Shown here in pieces: positions 50,282 to 62,729 of a DNA stretch of 64,000 bases. Source of the DNA: the human T2T-CHM13v2.0 reference genome, Homo sapiens; contig CP086569.2 of assembly GCA_009914755.4 (NCBI GenBank), positions 17,408,001 through 17,472,000 on the forward strand, read 5' to 3'. The first letter of the stretch is position 1; the number at the start of each line of letters is the position of its first letter. The notes under the pieces were generated by a model. It worked only from the letters and a program-made list of their open reading frames with translations, was not told where the DNA came from and did not search any database. The position numbers were made by a program, and so were the translations under genes.

Positions 50282-53120
50282 TGTCTATGCAGGCAAATTG
50301 CCCAGACATTTTTGGAAATAAGAACTCAGAACAAAAGTCTAAAACTCCCATCAATAGCACAATGTTTCCATAATCTACAGCATGGGATGTGATATGGAAT
50401 ACTCACTTGTATTTTCAAGCTCTTCAATACTACACTAAAAACTATAACTAAAAACTGCTAGAAAGCAATCATTGTATCCCAGGACAATAAATTTTATTCT
50501 CTTGCTCAGAATAAATGTTGGCCACAGGTCATCTTCTGTCCTGTGTCTTGCCTTCCACAAGCTAACTCCCAGGCTGAGTGATGAATGCACATCTTTGACA
50601 TGGCCATGCTTCTAGGAGAGTAAAGGGTGAAAAGTAGGTGGAACTAGGGTAGTGGTTCCTAGAACATCTGCTTGGAAACTGAGTACAGTTTCCACTCATA
50701 TTTCAGTGACCACAACAAGTTGTAAGTAAGGTTGTGTCTGGCTTAATGGGACAGAAGTATCATTAGTGCATGGGAAGAGCCAGTTCCTTTAGGGACATTC
50801 CTGGTGATGATGGGTCAAGTTAGGTTTACAGTAATACCCTCTGCTGTACATTGCACAGGATGATAGGAGAACCAGTTAGAGGAAGAGGGAAAGGAGACAA
50901 AGAATAAGAGCTAAGGTTTCTCGAGTGTTCCTCATGGACTAGTAATCATTTTTCTTTCTTTCTACACATTCCTCTTGCTTACTGACTCTTGAAGTCCACT
51001 CACAGTAGGTGCCAAAGAGTTTAAACCCACCCAGTTTTAAATCAGAGCAACTCTACTTTGCACTAGGAGACATGTGTAAATCAATGGAAATGGCAAATTG
51101 TAAACATGTAGATGTGTAAAACAATTTGCCAAAAATGACAATCTTTTTTTAATCCTCAGTATAATTCTTTGCCCATGTCTGTTGATGTGTATTTCCAAGA
51201 AAGCTGATAAAACATCTCTAGATATTTTCAGTTAAAGAACGTAGAACAAAGGTACCATTTTTACATCTAATGAAGTGATATAAAGTATAAAGATTTAAAA
51301 TATACTGACATCAAAAAGGATGATATGTAATTCCATAACATCAGTTCATTAATATAATCTTTATAATCAAATAAAGAAACTGAGAATTCTGCTAACCTGC
51401 ACAGAAGCCTCCCCACAAATTCTCAAAGACACCACAAAATAGAAAGATGATAAAGAAAATAAACAAAAACATAGACTCGGATTAGCATAACCAGGGTAGA
51501 GAAAATTCAAGTTAAACTTTTAATCTGAAAGCAAAATTAAGAAATAGGACAGGTAGAGAAGAAAGTATCTCAGATATGGTAAGATTTTAGTTAGTTTCCT
51601 ATTATAGTCCCTTGTACAAAATTTAATTCCTTAAGAGATAATTTTGGCATAGGCTTACTATGTAAAAGTTTTTACCTGGAAAATAATTATTATTGATGAT
51701 TATGTATCTATACATATATTTTTTTCTTTATCTTACCTGTTTGTGTTTTTATGTACTTCAACATCTATCTACATTTTCTAAGATGAGAATTAAATGTTCC
51801 TTTGAAAAATGCTGGTTATCTCAATTTAACCAACATGTATGCATATTTATATCTGCTTTGAATTTTATGTTTTTTTAAACTAGGTCACATTAATAATCTA
51901 TTGTGTGTTGGTGTGTGTTTGTGCCTGAGTGCACATACATGTGCATGGGAATCAATGAGATGATGCATGTGAAAACATCTCATATTCCATAAACCCATAA
52001 ACCACCAAGTGTATGCATATATAAAGAATATGTGGCTGACATGTATAAAGTAATTCTCCCCTTTGAGTCACAAATAAGACCTGTGTCTATTAACCTTAGT
52101 CTCATTTTCTTTCTGTGTAACCATAAGAATGTCATTTTTAGCAAACCGTCTTGGGTTTACATGTGTTTAGCAATAATTACCCTTGGACATGATGTCCGGC
52201 ATGAATAATGAACATGTCTATGACATACAGGCACTCTCCTGGTGATGAAAAGCATTTGTTTTTCTTGAAAATACCTACCTCCCCCCACTTTCAATCACTT
52301 AGTAAATTATTGCTATCACTTCATGACTATTACATAAAAGATCAACACGGTGTGTATCAAATTCAATAATTATTTGATAAAGTGAGATATTAGCATATAA
52401 GATGCACTAATTTTCATAATTCAATTAAGCCTTACAATTTTCTGAAGATCCATTGTTAATTGTTTTAAATTGATTAATCAATGTGAACCTCTGAATCTCT
52501 AATTTTCAATTACAAGAAATATGCATTTGCCACAGTAACAGAGCCAATTTCAAAATATAGCATCTAATCCTATAATGGTTACATGCAATATCAAGTTTAA
52601 AATAAGTCAGCACCTAGAAGGAAAAGTATTTAAAAAACTACTTCATTAGCATTTTACTATGTAAGCCTAAAATGTTCCATAATTCTGGCAGAGTACCTAA
52701 TTCATATTTAATCCCATTTAAAACATTCAGTTGAATAAATTATATTTTAAGGGAGCTATTCATATTAAGTCTTAAAAGGATAAACAGCATTGGAAAATTC
52801 AGGCAAAGAACAACTACCCTATTTGGCGACAAGTCAATAATGTGTTCATGTATGCAACCAATATAGACTCAGTTGCTAGAAATAATGGAAACCATAAGAC
52901 TTCACTCCAGTAGCTTAATATGCTTGCAGGATTTATTATACTCTATTAACCAAAAACAAATTACACTATTGTATGTGAAGGTTCCATTATTTTAGAATTG
53001 AGAAGGCTCTCATTTAGATACATGAAAAGAATATTGATAGATGGAGGAAGGACATTGGTTCTCAGAATAAACCAAGAAAGAATTATGCAATTGTAGGCAA
53101 CAGCATAATTCTGACAGTGA

Positions 53121-53420
53121 GGCTGGGTGCCGGGGTGATGCCTGTAATCTCAGCACTTTGAGAGGCTGAGTCAAGATGATTGTTTGAGTCCAGGAGTTTG
53201 AGACCAGCCTCGGAAAATCAGTGGGACTCTGTTTCTGCAAACAATATATTTTTTTAAATTATGAAGTCATGGTGGCACCCACCTGTGGTCTCAGCTACTG
53301 TGAGGCTGCGGCGGGTACATTGCTTGAGCCCAGAAGGTCAAGGCTGAAGTAAGCTATGATCATGCCAATGGGCTCCAGCCTGGAAGATAGAGTAGAGATC
53401 CTGCCTCATACCCCAAAAAA
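53121..53420 (+). mobile_element. Alu SINE with TSD
   Basis: The sequence ggctgggtgccggggtgatgcctgtaatctcagcactttgagaggctgagtcaag...ccaatgggctccagcctggaagatagagtagagatcctgcctcataccccaaaaaac is flanked by ataattctgacagtg (before) and agtaattctgacaatg (after). Confidence 0.9.
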
Positions 53421-53439
53421 CAGTAATTCTGACAATGTT

Positions 53440-53535
53440 TGTTAAGTTAATGTTAATATGTTAAATATAATTAATGTTAATAATAATGTATTGATAGTTA
53501 ACAATTAATATGTTAATAATTCTGACAGTTTATTC
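53440..53535. repeat. Short (aatgttaata)-type tandem repeat next to the Alu, ending in a third copy of the TSD-like word
   Basis: The sequence gttaagttaatgttaatatgttaaatataattaatgttaataataatgtattgatagttaacaattaatatgttaataattctgacag is visible. Confidence 0.5.
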
Positions 53536-54552
53536 CATAGTAACATCATAGCACAGAAACACCATAGCATATGAAAAACAGGGGATATTAGTCCTTCATT
53601 GAATTGTCTCTCCTTTATAAGCCAGAGAGTTCTCCTCTTTGGTGTTTAGTTTACTTTGCTCTTGCTGGGATTGAAATGAATTTCAAAATCTATTTTTTTC
53701 TCTAAAATCTTATGCTGCTATAATCACTTCCACAAAAATTATGCATGGATATATGAGTACATGAATAACAATACTAAATAAAAACATTGTATGGCATCCA
53801 CAACGAAAACTCCCACTTAACATCTTCCCTAATTCTATTTGTTTCTAACTTGCTTTGCAATTTTGTATCATCTTAACTTGATAGAGCAGAAAGCATGACA
53901 TAATTCCATTTTAAAGCAGTTCATGATAGAATAAAAATCACCAAAATGATTGCAATTAGGGTATACAATGATTTTTAATAAAGTCTTAAATTCCAAACAC
54001 ATACAGAGATTATTTTATTCAACTATAACCCTGAATTATAAATGGAACAACATTAGGATGCTAAACAGGAAGTCAGGAATCTTAGAGCCTCACCATTCCT
54101 GATTTGCATGAGTATGGGGAAGTGGAAAAATTAAGAATGGGAATTTTAGAAAAGGAGTCAGAGAAATGTGCAGCAAAAAATGGTACTTAAAAAGCAGAAA
54201 CACAGGGCCATTGTGCTTAGGAATGATAAACATGTTAATTGAGTTATGTCATTGACATTAGGAATTAATCAATCTAAGTCAATGAAATCAGTCTAAAATA
54301 ATCTTACGTTGAGCATACAAATTTAATGTTCATTTTATACAAAGTTAGCACTTATGCCCTATATCATAGAGTCATTCTCATCTTCATTTTTCCTGCACCT
54401 CTTTCTTTTGCCAACCAGCAAATCCTGTTGGCTTTGCAATTAATTTACATGTCAAAAATGATTCCCACCACCTTGAACTCATGCACTGTGTCTCTCTCAA
54501 TTTCACATCTCCCACAGCAATTAGGTGAGCTGGTCTTTTTCTAATTATGTCC

Positions 54553-55005
54553 AGTATGGACTGAATTGTGCACCTCCCCCCCCCGAAAATTTATATATTG
54601 AAACTCTAACCCCCAATGTGACTGTATTTAAAAATGAGCCTTTAAAGAGGTAATTAAGGTTAAATGATGTCCTAAGCTTGGTGCTCCGATTCCACAGAAT
54701 GGTGACCTAATTAAAAAAAAAAAAGAAAAAAAGAGATCAAAGATACACCAGATTTCTCTCTCTCTCTTTCTCTGTTTCTCTCTTTCTCTCTCTCTCTCCT
54801 CTCTCATCCCTGTCTCTTCACATGCACAGAGATAAAATTATGTGAAGATATAGCGAAAAGGCAGTCATCTGCAAGGCAAAAACATGACCCTCACCAGAAA
54901 TGTACCCTGCTGGCACCTTGATCTTGGACTTCCAGCCTCCATATCTGTGAGCAAATAAATGTGGTGTATTTGCAACAAGCCTAGAGCAATGTAGCTAACA
55001 AAACA
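54553..55005 (+). mobile_element. MaLR-type solitary LTR with an internally expanded (CT)n tract
   Basis: The 5' part reads agtatggactgaattgtgcacctcccccccc.aaaatttatatattgaaactctaacccccaatgtgactgtattt.aaaatgagcctttaaagaggtaattaaggttaaatgatg. The 3' part reads ...ggcagtcatctgcaaggcaaaaacatgaccctcaccagaaatgtaccctgctggcaccttgatcttggacttccagcctccatatctgtgagcaaataaatgtggtgtatttgcaacaagcctagagcaatgtagctaacaaaac. Confidence 0.5.
54754..54806. repeat. (CT)n microsatellite inside the LTR
   Basis: The sequence tctctctctctctttctctgtttctctctttctctctctctctcctctctc is visible. Confidence 0.8.
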
Positions 55006-55480
55006 TCTTTATCCGAGCCACTGTTTTCATAAAAGCCAGAATATTTTTGAAAAACATAAACTAAAACAGGTTGTTCATACATCTCTTGCTTTTATAATCA
55101 CATGTAGAATATAATCACGTGTAGACTATTCATATGAATGTTATTATCACATGTTGAATATCAGCTAAGTCTTGAATTTGGCCCCCAACATATTACAAAA
55201 GCTAACTTCCAATTGTTTATTCAACCTTAATTTATTTGAGTATTCTGTGCCCATGGCAAGCATACTGCTTTCACCAGAGTTCTTCAATTTTTGTCTCTGT
55301 TGCCTGGAATATTGAGTCTCTGAGGAGTTTCAGGAAAAGTTTGCTCACTTGATGACAGACATTCTGCAAAAACATATCTAGTGGACTTCTCTGAGATAGA
55401 GAGAAGTTCTTACTTTAGGTCACATGGTACTTCCTTTTATTGAATATCTTTCTAGTTTATTGTAATTTCTATCATATTAC

Positions 55481-56299
55481 TTGCTATAGGCTGGATGTTT
55501 GTGCCTTCCCAACATTAGCATGTTGCAATTCTCACCTCCCAAGGTGACGGTGTTAGGAAGCAGAGCCTTTGAGAGGTAATGAGGTCATGAGGGTGAAGCC
55601 CTTATGAATGGGATTAGTGGCCTTACAAAAGAGGTCCCAGAAAGCTGCCTCACCCCTTCTACCATGTGAGGACATAGAGAGAAGGTACCATCTATGAACC
55701 AGACAGGCTTCTCTCACTTAGCAATATGCATGTCAGACTCATCCATTTCTTTGAACAGCTTCATATATGACCTTCTTCTGTTGCTGAATAATGTTCCGTT
55801 GCATGGATGTACCTCAGCTTGGTTATTCACTCACCTTTTGAAGGTGTGTCCTGATTCCTTAAAGTTTTTGGCCATTGGGATGAGAACGTAGAAACATAAT
55901 CACATGTTGGTTTTTGTTTACAAAGCAGTTGTCTATATACCTATGAGTGCAATTGTTGGCTTTTATGGAGACCATGGGTAGCTTTGGGAAAGACTGTCAA
56001 ATTGTTTCCTAAAGTTGCTATACCATTAGGCATTCAATCAGCAGTAAATGGGAGCTCTGGTTGCAATTTCTATTCCATTTAAAATAAACATTTTAGCCAT
56101 TTTAGGAGGTATGTAGTGTTATTATTAAGATACCTAGTGGATGTCTACAAACCAAGAAGCAGGTCCTTATCAAACACAGAATCTGCTACACCTTGATTAT
56201 GGACTTCTAGCCTACAGAACTGTGAGCAATAAATGACATTGTTTAAAATCCACACACTCTATAGTTTTGTGTTAAAACAGCCTGACATAGCTAAGACTG
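55481..56299 (+). mobile_element. Second MaLR-type LTR copy, interrupted by an L1 fragment
   Basis: The 5' part (55481-55735) reads ttgctataggctggatgtttgtgccttcccaacattagcatgttgcaattctcacctcccaaggtgacggtgttaggaagcagagcctttgagaggtaatgaggtcatgagggtgaagccc...ccatgtgaggacatagagagaaggtaccatctatgaaccagacagg. The 3' part (56141-56299) reads ...cttgattatggacttctagcctacagaactgtgagcaataaatgacattgtttaaaatccacacactctatagttttgtgttaaaacagcctgacatagctaagac. Confidence 0.5.
55735..56140 (+). mobile_element. Old L1 (L1M-like) 3'-end fragment nested in the LTR
   Basis: The sequence ...ctgaataatgttccgttgcatggatgtacctcagcttggttattcactcaccttttgaaggtgtgtcctgattccttaaagtttttggccattgggatgag...gctataccattaggcattcaatcagcagtaaatgggagctctggttgc matches a sense old-L1 3' region (...tgaataatattccattgtatg...catttccaccagcaatgtatgag...). 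Confidence 0.6.
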
Positions 56300-56755
56300 T
56301 GATCATCACTGTTTTATTGCATTCAACATGTGGGTGTGTATTTATTCATTTTCCCTCTTTTTCTGCATTTAGGGTCAGGAGAAAGGATAGGAGACAAGAG
56401 GAGATGGAAAGCGGCACATTGCAAAGGCTCATATGTTTCTGGTCATGGCTTTGCAAAAAGCCTTGAAGCCAGATGATGAATGGGTCTCTAGATGCGTGGT
56501 GCCTAAAAACAGAAGAGAAGCACCGTATTTGTTTCCAATTGCAGCTACCACATATCATTAAATGTATGCTGTGCACCTCGAAGATGGGAAGGAAAAGAGA
56601 TTACCCCCAAAATCAGCAAGATGCAGATATTTATCCTCCATCTTGGAAGAAAGGCTTCCTGCTTCCCAACTCTTCCTCATTAAGAGGAAATGACTCAGCC
56701 TTCCTGACAGTGCTTCCCCAGTTATCTACTAAAGTTTCTATAGAGATGAAGTCCA

Positions 56756-57197
<442 letters not shown>

Positions 57198-57251
57198 CTA
57201 CACAAGATGACGGAGAATTACCGTTTGGGGCAACTCACATACTCTCTATAA

Positions 57252-57771
57252 TAGCCGTCCCCAACTCCCCAGCGACAGATCAGTAGTGGTTCTTGGGCTG
57301 TTAGAAACTGGGCCAGAGAGTGGGTGAGCAATGGATCTTTATCTATATTTACAGCTGCTACTCATCACTTATATTACCACCTCAACTCTACCTTCTGTCA
57401 GATCAGTGATGGCATTAATTCTCATAGGAGTACAAAACATATTGTGGAATGCATATGCAAGGGATCTAGGTTGCATGCTCCTTATGAGAATCTAAGGCCT
57501 GATGATCTGTCACTGTCTCCCATCATTCCCAGATGGGACTACCTAGTTTCAGGAAAGCAAGCTCAGGGCTCCCATTTATTCTAGATGATGGTGAGTTGTA
57601 TAATTATTTCATTATATATTGCAATGTAATAATGATAAAAATAAAGTGCACAACACATGTAATGTACTTAAATCATTGTGAAACCATCCTCCCCCACTGC
57701 CTCAGTCCATAAAAAATTGTCTTTCAGAAAATTGGTCCCTGGTGCCAAACAAATTGGGCACCACTGCCCTA
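57252..57771 (-). mobile_element. Complete non-autonomous hAT/MER1-type DNA transposon (about 520 bp) with candidate 8-bp TSD
   Basis: The minus strand reads cagtggtgcccaatttgtttggcaccagggaccaattttctgaaagacaattttttatggactgagg...atggtttcacaatgatttaagtacattacatgtgttgtgcactttatttttatcattattacattgcaatatataatgaaataattatacaactcaccatcatctagaataaatgggagccctgagcttgctttcctgaaactaggtagtcccatctgggaatgatgggagacagtgacagatcatcaggccttagattctcataaggagcatgcaacctagatcccttgcatatgcattccacaatatgttttgtactcctatgagaattaatgccatcactgatctgacagaaggtagagttgaggtggtaatataagtgatgagtagcagctgtaaatatagataaagatccattgctcacccactctctggcccagtttctaacagcccaagaaccactactgatctgtcgctggggagttggggacgg. The flanks are ctataata and cctataaga. 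Confidence 0.65.
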
Positions 57772-58082
57772 TAAGACCATCAGCTCCGTAACAGTAGACA
57801 TATGTGTGAGTGCCTGAATGGGTGAACCACCTCCTACAAACATATAACACTAACTATGTGTTCCTTTATTTAATTCATCCCATATTAGTTTCCTACAACT
57901 GTTCTTAAAAATGACCACAAACTTAGTGTTAAAAGCAACATAAATTTATTAACCACACTTCTGAAGACCAGAAGTCAAAGTGGATTTTGCTGGACTGAAT
58001 CAAGGTGTGAGGTGATTGTGTTCCTTCTGAACACTCTATGGAAGAATCTAACTCCCCAAATTTCCAAGTTTCTATTTTTCTA

Positions 58083-58363
58083 TTTTTTGTTTGTTTGTTT
58101 GTTTTTGAGACATGGTATTCTTCTGTCACCTGGGCTGGAGTGCAATGGCATGATCACAGCTTACACTGCAGCATCAAACTCCTGGGCTCAGCCACTCAAT
58201 TACTTGGGACTACAGGTGTGCTTGACCATTTTATTACTTTTTCATAGAGAAACAGTTTCACTATGTTGCCCAGGGTGGTCTCAAACTCCTGAGCTCAAGC
58301 AGTCTTCTCACCTTGGCCTCCCAAGGTGCTGGGATTACAAATGTAATCCTCTGTGCCTAGCCC
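58083..58363 (-). mobile_element. Old Alu with a (GTTT)n-modified tail
   Basis: The sequence tttttgtttgtttgtttgtttttgagacatggtattcttctgtcacctgggctggagtgcaatggcatgatcacagcttacactgcagc...cccaaggtgctgggattacaaatgtaatcctctgtgcctagcc matches the reverse-complement Alu consensus. Confidence 0.85.
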
Positions 58364-59016
58364 CCAAGTTTCTAGATGCTGCCTATATTCCTTGGCTTGT
58401 GGCCTCTTTTCAGTGAACAATAGCATCACTCCAATCTCTGCTTCTAGTTTTTCCTTATAAATCCCTTGATTACACTGGACCAATGTGGGTCATCCAGGAT
58501 CATCTCCACACTTTTAGGTTATATCTGCAAAGTCCCCTTTGCCCTTTCATGTAGCATATCCACAGGCACCAAGAATTATGACTTGGGCATATTTGTGACA
58601 AGGTGTATTTTGCTACACCAAGCTCTAGATTTCATTTTAGATTCTGGACAGCTGCAGAGCCTTAGAAAGGAAAATTGTGAACCCATATAAGTGTTCTTTT
58701 CAGAAAAAAAGGAATCATTGGTAAGAATCAGGATGACTACATAAACACATTTCATGTCCAACACACCCACTGCCCCAAGAATGGGGAGTGAGAACATGGT
58801 CTCATTCACTGTGGTCACTCTTTTACTTATACTTCTGGTCATTACTAGTAGGTATTCAATAATTAAGTAAAGCCCAAATAAATAAAATAGTAGTCAAAGC
58901 CTCTAAAACATGCTGATTCAAAAGGTAGACTGGTACCTAATTCTTGCAAATAATTTCCCCAAAATTGAAGAAGAAAAAGAGGTAGTTATTTGCCATGGTA
59001 AAAAGAGCAATAGTTT

Positions 59017-59026
59017 TTGTTTTGTT

Positions 59027-59057
<31 letters not shown>

Positions 59058-59350
59058 TTTGTTTATTTTGAGACAGGGTCTTGCTCTGATACCCAGGCTT
59101 GAGTGTAGAAATACAGTCCTAGATTACTGCAGCATCAAACTCCTGGGCTCGAGCTACCCCATCACCTTAGTCTCTTAAGTGACTGGGACTACAGGTATGC
59201 ACTACTATGCCTGGGTACTTTTGCTTTTTGTAAAGATGAGGTTTCACTATATTGCCCAATCTAGCTTTGAATGCCTGGCCTCAAGTGATCATCCTACACC
59301 AGCCCCGCAAACTGCTGGGATTACAGATGTTAGCCACTGTACCCTGCCCC
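59017..59350 (-). mobile_element. Old Alu preceded by an (ATTT)n microsatellite (59017-59062, derived from its A-tail)
   Basis: The sequence tttatttatttatttatttatttatttatttgtttattttgagacagggtcttgctctgatacccaggcttgagtgtagaaatacagtcc...caaactgctgggattacagatgttagccactgtaccctgcccc is visible. Confidence 0.85.
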
Positions 59351-60227
59351 ATATATTTTTCTAAATTTATATATTTATTTTTAATTTTTTTTAAAAAAAC
59401 ATAAACTACACATATTTATTCAAAAATATGACTGCAAGAGCAAAAGTAACAAATTGTGCATTAACTGATTTGTATGAAGCACCAAAAAAAGTCAAATGTA
59501 CAGAAGCAGAGAGGAGAGTAAATTTCAGTTCTGCAGGATGACGCTGGTTAATAACATTGTTGATGTCTGTTGTGAGACCTTAGTTTTTGTCTTCTTAGTT
59601 TAAAATAATTTAAACAAGAGACACATAGTAAAGGAGATACACCATAGAATAATTTATTGCAAATTAAAAAGAATATTTTGAAAATTAAGTGTAGAATAGA
59701 CAGGTAATACACACTGAGAGAGAGAGGATTCAGGTGGGCTGCTTTTAAGGATGAGACAGTATTGATTATTGCTGGAGAAACTCCCTTTATGGAATCTTAT
59801 ATAATGATTCATAAGGATGTGGGAGAGGTGTTGCTAGTAAGCATTTTCTGGGTGGTCCTTCGGGCACAAATGCATGGTAGCTGTACTTGCTTGTTCATGG
59901 GTCGCAGGTCTCATTAACATCTTATATCTCCACCCAGGGGTGTGTATTTTACTATTACAATGAGCCAAGGGTCATCATTCCCAGATGGGACTATCTACTC
60001 CGATGACAGGTAATATCAAAGTGGACATTCTCTCTGCAGCGTGAAGTCCCTACTGAAGATAGCTTTGCTTGAATGAGCTCAATTACAATACCAATGCTGA
60101 GACTGATTGTGTTGATTGTATGATCCCCATGGTTGCTACATCTCCAGGACATGGTCACTTTCTTAACTACCTATCCTGCCTAAACACAATATTACATATT
60201 TGAAGTTTGCTAAGAGAATAGATGTTC

Positions 60228-60280
60228 TCACCACACACACATGCACACATGTGCACACACACAAAAACACACACGCACAC
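60228..60280. repeat. CA-rich interrupted microsatellite
   Basis: The sequence accacacacacatgcacacatgtgcacacacacaaaaacacacacgcacac is visible. Confidence 0.5.
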
Positions 60281-61149
60281 TAAGTATGTGAGGTAGCAGA
60301 CATGCTAATTAGCTTGATGCTGGTAATCATGTCACAATGTTCACATATATCAAAACAGCATAGTATACTGTAAGAAGATGTGTAATGGTTAATATTGAGT
60401 GTCAACTTGACTTTTTTGAATGATGCAAAGTATTGTTCCTGGGTGTGTCTCTGAGAGTGTTCCCAAAGGAGATTAGTGGACTCAGATTTGAGTCAGTGGA
60501 CTGGGAGAGGGAGACCCACCTTCAACCTGGGTGGGCACCATCACATCAGCTGCCCATGTGGCTAGGATAAAAACAGGCAGAGGAATGTGGAAGGACTAGA
60601 ATGGCTGAGTCTTCCAGCCTACATCTTTCTCTCATGCTGGGTGCTTCCTGCCCTAAAGCACTGGACTCCAAATTGTTCAGCTCTTGGACTCTTGTACATT
60701 CAACCACAGATTAAAGGTTGCACTGTCAGCTTCTCTACTTTTGAGGTTTTGGGACTGAGACTGGCTTCCTTGCTCCTCAGCTTGCAGACAGCCTATTGTG
60801 GGAGTTCATCTTGTAAAGTCTTTATCATGTAAGTCAATACCCCGTAACAAACTCCCTTTTACATATACTTCTATCCTATTAGTTATTTTCCTCTGCAGAA
60901 CCATGACTAATACAATATGCAATTCCTATTTTTATTTACACTTCAATAAATCTAAAAATGTCAAAAATAAAAAAGGCAAAACACTGACCAGTAGCATTAT
61001 ATCTCTCCACCCCCAAAAGCCAGAACTAAAGTAGCTAAAGTCATTCATAAGCACTAAAGTGAAGGAAGTTGTGCCTATAAACTACACACAAGCATCATCC
61101 ATTCCCAAGAAATTGAAACAACTGAAGCCAATGGGAACATGTGTTAAGC

Positions 61150-61500
61150 GGGACTGATATGGACTGAATATCTGTCTGCCTCCAAATCCCTGTCTTAAAA
61201 TTTTCAGCCACAAGGTGGCGGCAATAGGGACTGGGGGTTTCTAGGACATAAGATGATGAGGGTGGAGCCTCATGAATGGGATGAGTGTTCTTGTAAAATG
61301 GATGTTAGAAAGCTTCCTTGCCCCTTGTACCATATGAGGAGAGAGCAAGAAGGTGCCATCTATGAACCAGGAAACAGGTCCCCACCAGCGACTGAATCTT
61401 TCTTACACTGACCCTGGACTTCTAGCCTCCAGAATTGTAAGCAATAGAGTTTAACTGTTTATAATCCACTCAGTCTATGTCATTTTGTCATACTAGCCCC
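61150..61500 (+). mobile_element. MaLR-like LTR (diverged subfamily)
   Basis: The sequence ggactgatatggactgaatatctgtctgcctccaaatccctgtcttaaaattttcagccacaaggtggcggcaataggg...gatgatgagggtggagcctcatgaatgggatgagtgttcttgtaaaatgg...ccatatgaggagagagcaagaaggtgccatctatgaaccaggaaacaggtcc...ctggacttctagcctccagaattgtaagcaatagagtttaactgtttataatccactcagtctatgtcattttgtcatactagcc has the same word order as the other MaLR copies. Confidence 0.4.
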
Positions 61501-62371
61501 AAGAGACTTAGATAGGAATTTCAGTGCATGATTGTGTATTCAAATTTTTAGTTTAATTATCTTTGTAAACCTGTTGTGTTTACTGAAACTGCTTTTGATG
61601 GAGCACATTTTCTTATTTGAGAAACATGGTTTCCGACATTTCTCTGTGAAGAATTTAGCCAAAGGATTGAGATGTTTCTTTTAATTTTTAAATTTTCTTC
61701 TGTTTACAACAGTAGTTGTTATCTCATTACATTTTATCTTTGTATGAAAATATTATAGTAACAAAATGGAATGCTTGAAAGAAAAATGTCTGATAGAGTC
61801 TATAAAATATTATCTACTTTTAATATTTCTGCACTGACTAAATGAAAATGATGGAAGATTAATGTGGTCAAAAACATTTGCGGATAAATTGTTCAATATA
61901 TGAGTGTGCTCTAAATAAAGTCCTTTCTCTATCAAAAATATTCTTGGTCACAGAGGATATACAATTCAAAGGAAATCAAAATAACTATACCTGCAGTTCT
62001 GTTGTCTTCAATTGCTCTACCTGGATTGGTAATGATATTGAGCATCTTCCCTTGGGATACTTTTGGTTTTGATGTAAACATTTTTAATTTGTTAAATCTC
62101 CAATAAAATCCAGGCCAGTGTCTGGGTCTCGAAGGTGGGACTAGAAAATAACAGTGAATATGTTCTTTTGGGGTGGCTATAGGCTCTTGTCCCCCAAACG
62201 TTTGCTAAAAATCACTGGCATGAGGTAGATTGATTAATAGGAGACAGGACATACAAATTTCTCTAATGTGTCTACATGGGTGCCTTCAGAATGGAGATCC
62301 CAAACCCCACTGAGGGCCAGAAGCTTAAATACAGTCTTGAAAGAATTAGGACTTGGATCCCGGTAGAACAG

Positions 62372-62729
62372 TGTATTAGTCTTTCCTCACGCTTCTAATA
62401 AAGACATACCTGAGACTGGGTAATTATAAAGGTAAAACATTTAATGCACTCACAGTTCCACATGGCTGGGGAGGCCTCACAATCATGGTGAAAGGTGAAA
62501 GGCACGTCTCACATGGCAGTAGGCAAAGAGAATGAGAACCAACCAAAAGGGGTTACTCCTTATAAAACAATTATATATTGTGAGACTTTTTCACTACTGC
62601 AAGAAAAATATGGGGGAAACTGCCTGCATGATTCAATTATGTGCCACTGGTCCCTCCCACATCATGTGTGAATTATCGGAGCTACTAATCAAGATAAGAT
62701 TTGGGTGGGGACACAGCCAAACTATATCA
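62372..62729 (-). mobile_element. THE1-like ERVL-MaLR solitary LTR (antisense)
   Basis: The sequence tgtattagtctttcctcacgcttctaataaagacatacctgagactgggtaattataaaggtaaaacatttaatgcactcacagttccacatggctggggaggcctcacaatcatggtgaaaggtgaaaggcacgtctcacatggcagtaggcaaagagaatgag...ccactggtccctcccacatcatgtgtgaattatcggagctactaatcaagataagatttgggtggggacacagccaaactatatca is the reverse complement of the THE1 consensus as I recall it. Confidence 0.7.

Noticed and set aside
58012-58416. 134-aa plus-strand ORF
   Set aside because: It reads straight through a minus-strand Alu (58083-58363), including its poly-T/(GTTT)n tail, which translates to FFYFLFVCLFL. It is an artefact.
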